Assembly: GCA_963665235.2 (NCBI GenBank)
Contig: CAXXLX010000001.1
Span: 2,880,001-2,944,000, forward strand
Reading direction: 5' to 3'
Origin: Candidatus Poribacteria bacterium
Lineage (GTDB): Bacteria > Poribacteria > WGA-4E > WGA-3G
Length of the DNA: 64,000 nucleotides
The notes beneath the pieces were generated by a model that was not told where the DNA came from, ran no database searches, and worked only from the letters and a program-made list of their open reading frames with translations. Below are positions 61,114 to 64,000 of the stretch, piece by piece (position 1 is the stretch's first letter; each line of letters opens with the position of its first letter). The position numbers and the translations under genes were made by a program.

Positions 61114-61710
61114 CTACAATTTTTGCAATTCGCTGACAATTTGATCAGAATCTAGACGGATATTAAATCTCTTATCAAGGAATTTCCATGCGATTTTACC
61201 GTTTTCATCAATAATGTAGGTAGCGGGCCGCCCTATATTTGGAGAAGTTGGGTCGATTACGTTGTATGCAGAAATCGCTTGTAGCTCCGCATCTGAAAGC
61301 ATGAGAAAAGTGATATTCAAATTACGTTGCGTTCGAGCCACGGCTGCTTGGCTATCCCGACTAATGGCAATTAGCTCTGCCCCTTCCGCTTTAATATCTT
61401 GATATCCATTTTGCAACTCAACGAGTTGCGATTGGCAGAACCCTCAGCCGCCGTATCGATAAAAGACAAGCACGACATTTTTGCCTGCATAATCGGCAAG
61501 GGAGTGGGTATTTCCATCGGCATCTGGCAGCGAAAATGCTGGTGCTGTTACCCCGACTGTTAAGCCCTCACCCGTTGGCAAGGGTTCCGGTTCCACTTCG
61601 TCGGGAGGTGTTATAATTGTTACGTTCGCACCATCAAAACAGGCCACACAAATAAGTGTCACTGCGATTAGCGCGATGTAGAAAAGTTGGTTAATAGGTT
61701 TCAGCTTCAT
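61114..61710 (-). CDS. AhpC/TSA-family redoxin lipoprotein with a UxxC motif, probable selenoprotein, 198 aa
   Basis: Lipobox CVAC; APAFSLPD; VLVFYRYGG-U-GFCQSQL read through TGA 61444-61446 into ORF 61114-61416; RPATYIID. Confidence 0.85.
61413..61429 (-). promoter_or_regulatory. Putative bacterial SECIS hairpin (redoxin)
   Basis: GCAACTC-GTT-GAGTTGC starting 15 nt after UGA; GU at +22/+23. Confidence 0.65.
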
Positions 61711-61886
61711 ATTTCATATCTCCTTCATCAAAATATTCGGTAATGTATTTGTATCAGTTATCTCGGACGCATTGTTGTCGGAAAACGTTCATGTTGCCAT
61801 CGCGCGTATGCGTTCCATGAATTTTATCATGAAACGTTGTTTGATGTCCATGCAAAATTGCCTTAAAACTTTTGCCATCTAGACCT

Positions 61887-62780
61887 TCAGTCCTTGATGA
61901 CTTGGAACGGTTTCGGTTTTTCAGCGGCGTTATTTTCCGTCTGAACAGGTTCCGGTGGAAATTGCGTGCAGACCGCTCCATTTTTCATTGCCCAGCGGAG
62001 GTTGTGCCAGGAACGTTTGCGCGTTTTGAGAATCTCCGGATTTGTCCATACCCCGGCGACAGCAATACGGCTTTTCTTACTCCGATTCGGTGGGCTGTAG
62101 TGCCACATACTGCTGTGCCAAAAGACGACATCGCCAGGCTCTAATTCTATATGATGGATACCATGTTTTTCGCGCATTTCTGTCACAGCTTCACGTGGCA
62201 GTTCACCGTGGATGCTGTCGGGATAAAGAACGTGCTCAATAATTTCTGTTTTGTGGCTACCGGGTATGAATTGCATACATCCGTTTTCCTGCGTTGCAGG
62301 TTCAAGCGGCATCCAGAAGTTGAACGGTTCTGTTTCACCGTCGCGCCAGAGTCCGTTATCTTGATGCCACGGTGTAGCACTTCCGGTGTGAGCAGGTTTA
62401 AGAAAACAGCTGTTGAACTTGACGATAATATCGTCTCCGAGGAAATAGCGTGCAATGTTCAGCAATGTTTCGCCTGCATGGACGTTGTGCCAGATAAGCG
62501 GGGATTGAACACAGAAGTTGCTCAGTTTGCGATAGCGTGCAATCCTGCCTTGTGGCGAATCGTCCATCGGGTTCATCGGGTCAACGTCTACGAAGGTGCC
62601 GGGTTCGGGCAGCATAATGACATTGCGAATAACGCCACGCAGCTCTGCCGCGAGGTCGCGTGGAATGACGTTCTGAAGAATGAAATAACCTTCAGTCTCA
62701 TACTGTGCTTTCTGCTCAGCGGTTGGTTGCCATTGCATCATTTTCATATCCTCGATTTCCTGTGCATGAGATTTTTCCAC
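61887..62780 (-). CDS. PhyH family Fe(II)/2OG dioxygenase (start uncertain)
   Basis: TPWHQD, ENGCMQFIPGSH, WHYSPPN....R. Confidence 0.9.
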   Translation of the reverse strand: MEKSHAQEIEDMKMMQWQPTAEQKAQYETEGYFILQNVIPRDLAAELRGVIRNVIMLPEPGTFVDVDPMNPMDDSPQGRIARYRKLSNFCVQSPLIWHNVHAGETLLNIARYFLGDDIIVKFNSCFLKPAHTGSATPWHQDNGLWRDGETEPFNFWMPLEPATQENGCMQFIPGSHKTEIIEHVLYPDSIHGELPREAVTEMREKHGIHHIELEPGDVVFWHSSMWHYSPPNRSKKSRIAVAGVWTNPEILKTRKRSWHNLRWAMKNGAVCTQFPPEPVQTENNAAEKPKPFQVIKD

Positions 62781-62848
62781 TTGCGATAAAATTTAGCAGA
62801 AATTGGAAAAAGTGTCAATCGGAAATAATTTTAAGCAGTAAAATTCAT

Positions 62849-62877
62849 TTGACAAAAACTTAAAAATGCGTTATAAT
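62849..62877 (+). promoter_or_regulatory. Consensus sigma70 promoter
   Basis: TTGACA-N17-TATAAT, exact consensus. Confidence 0.8.
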
Positions 62878-62940
62878 CATAATACTAACTTGCATGCCAA
62901 GGAGACAAGTTCTCCAAACTCCGAAATGAGGCTCAGAATC

Positions 62941-64000
62941 ATGCCGACAAACAGACACACAAACACAGCAGAAATTCCGCAAGACACGCGTGTGGAAATC
63001 TCTGTTCGGAATTTCGGTCCTATTTCCGAAGCCACAATCGACCTGCGACCACTGACGGTATTTGTTGGTCCAAGCAATACCGGTAAAACCTATTTCTCTA
63101 CGTTAATCTATGCGTTGCACGGGGCTTACAGCGGTTTCTCACGATTTCCTTGGCCCCCTCACACGTTGTGGTCCTTTATTGCTGATGCTCTGCACGACGC
63201 TGTGGACGAAGACATTCTAAAGACGCTTCAAAGGCTCAACACCTCGAACCGGCCGTTCACGTTCTCAGATCTATCACCGAAGATGAGGAAGCTGCTCCAG
63301 AAGCAGCTTGGAGACGCTAGAATGTTGACAGAGGGGCTTAGACACTATTTCGATGTTGATGCTGTGTCGGAACTGATTCGAGACACCGCGCGTGCCCCAC
63401 ATCCGTTTCAAACAGAGCAAACCGACAATCGAATGGAAGTTTTATTGAAGGTGAACGCGGAAAATCAAAATCTCTGGCATGTCCCGATAGAGGCGTTTGA
63501 AGACAAAGTTGACATTCATGGACAGCTCAATGAAGACCTGATACTTCTCCCCGCATCTGAGCGGGCAGCGGATGAACTACTCGGCATTGAGGAACTTTTG
63601 GAGCTGTTACAGGGCCCCCGGGAGATAGCGAAACGGTATTACCTCCCCGCCGCGAGGAATGGTATTATGCAGAGTCATAGTGTGATTGCAAGTTCGCTGG
63701 TCGCGCGTTCTACGCGTGTAGGCATTGAACGCTTTCCAGAGTTGCAGACATTTTCTGGTGGAATCGCAGATTTTCTGCAAGAGCTCATACGCCGAAAGAG
63801 ACGGGGAATCAAACCGAACAGCGACATTGTTGCCATTGCGGATACTATTGAAACCGAAGTGCTTTCAGGAAAAATAGAGATTAGAAGACCTACCCCTGAG
63901 GGATATCCAGAATTCGTCTACCAGGCGGCAGACATGGCGACAGAAATTCGTCTGTCTCGTGCGTCATCAATGGTGTCAGAGCTGGCCGCCTTTGTGCTGT
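62941..64000 (+). CDS. AAA_15/AAA_21-type ATPase (3' end runs off the window)
   Basis: Hand translation: VRNFGPISEATIDLRPLTVFVGPSNTGKT, YLPAARNG, ASSMVSELA. Confidence 0.85.
   Translation, partial: MPTNRHTNTAEIPQDTRVEISVRNFGPISEATIDLRPLTVFVGPSNTGKTYFSTLIYALHGAYSGFSRFPWPPHTLWSFIADALHDAVDEDILKTLQRLNTSNRPFTFSDLSPKMRKLLQKQLGDARMLTEGLRHYFDVDAVSELIRDTARAPHPFQTEQTDNRMEVLLKVNAENQNLWHVPIEAFEDKVDIHGQLNEDLILLPASERAADELLGIEELLELLQGPREIAKRYYLPAARNGIMQSHSVIASSLVARSTRVGIERFPELQTFSGGIADFLQELIRRKRRGIKPNSDIVAIADTIETEVLSGKIEIRRPTPEGYPEFVYQAADMATEIRLSRASSMVSELAAFVL

Overview
Bacterial chromosomal window. The gene content (PhyH dioxygenases, Uma2 and Rpn nucleases, an ECF sigma factor fused to a beta-propeller, many REP/MITE repeats) resembles Candidatus Poribacteria; this assignment is inference only. 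The left 14.5 kb is a defence/mobile region. It holds an IsrB-type OMEGA element with an omega-RNA-like leader. It also holds a type III restriction-modification locus whose mod gene is frameshifted at a G8 tract and whose mod and res genes enclose an ABC-type ATPase, a PIN nuclease and an unannotated protein with ATP-dependent RNA-ligase motifs. Next to it is an Rpn nuclease with an internal start site and a free-standing copy of its C-terminal small protein. Two genes split by the ORF track (rhodanese-MoeB and a UxxC redoxin lipoprotein) read through in-frame UGA codons at catalytic Cys positions, followed by identically spaced SECIS-like hairpins, so both are probable selenoproteins. The rest is mostly housekeeping: waaF, lexA with a catalytic Lys-to-Arg change, a class A PBP, uvrB, M16 peptidases, an Omp85 protein, a tRNA nucleotidyltransferase, scpAB, thrC, xylA, cstA and a cysK-cysH-cysO-mec sulfur-carrier cluster. 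It is interspersed with MITE shells carrying expandable REP arrays and a nested IS630 that disrupts an HNH gene. No rRNA, tRNA or true CRISPR-Cas was recognised.
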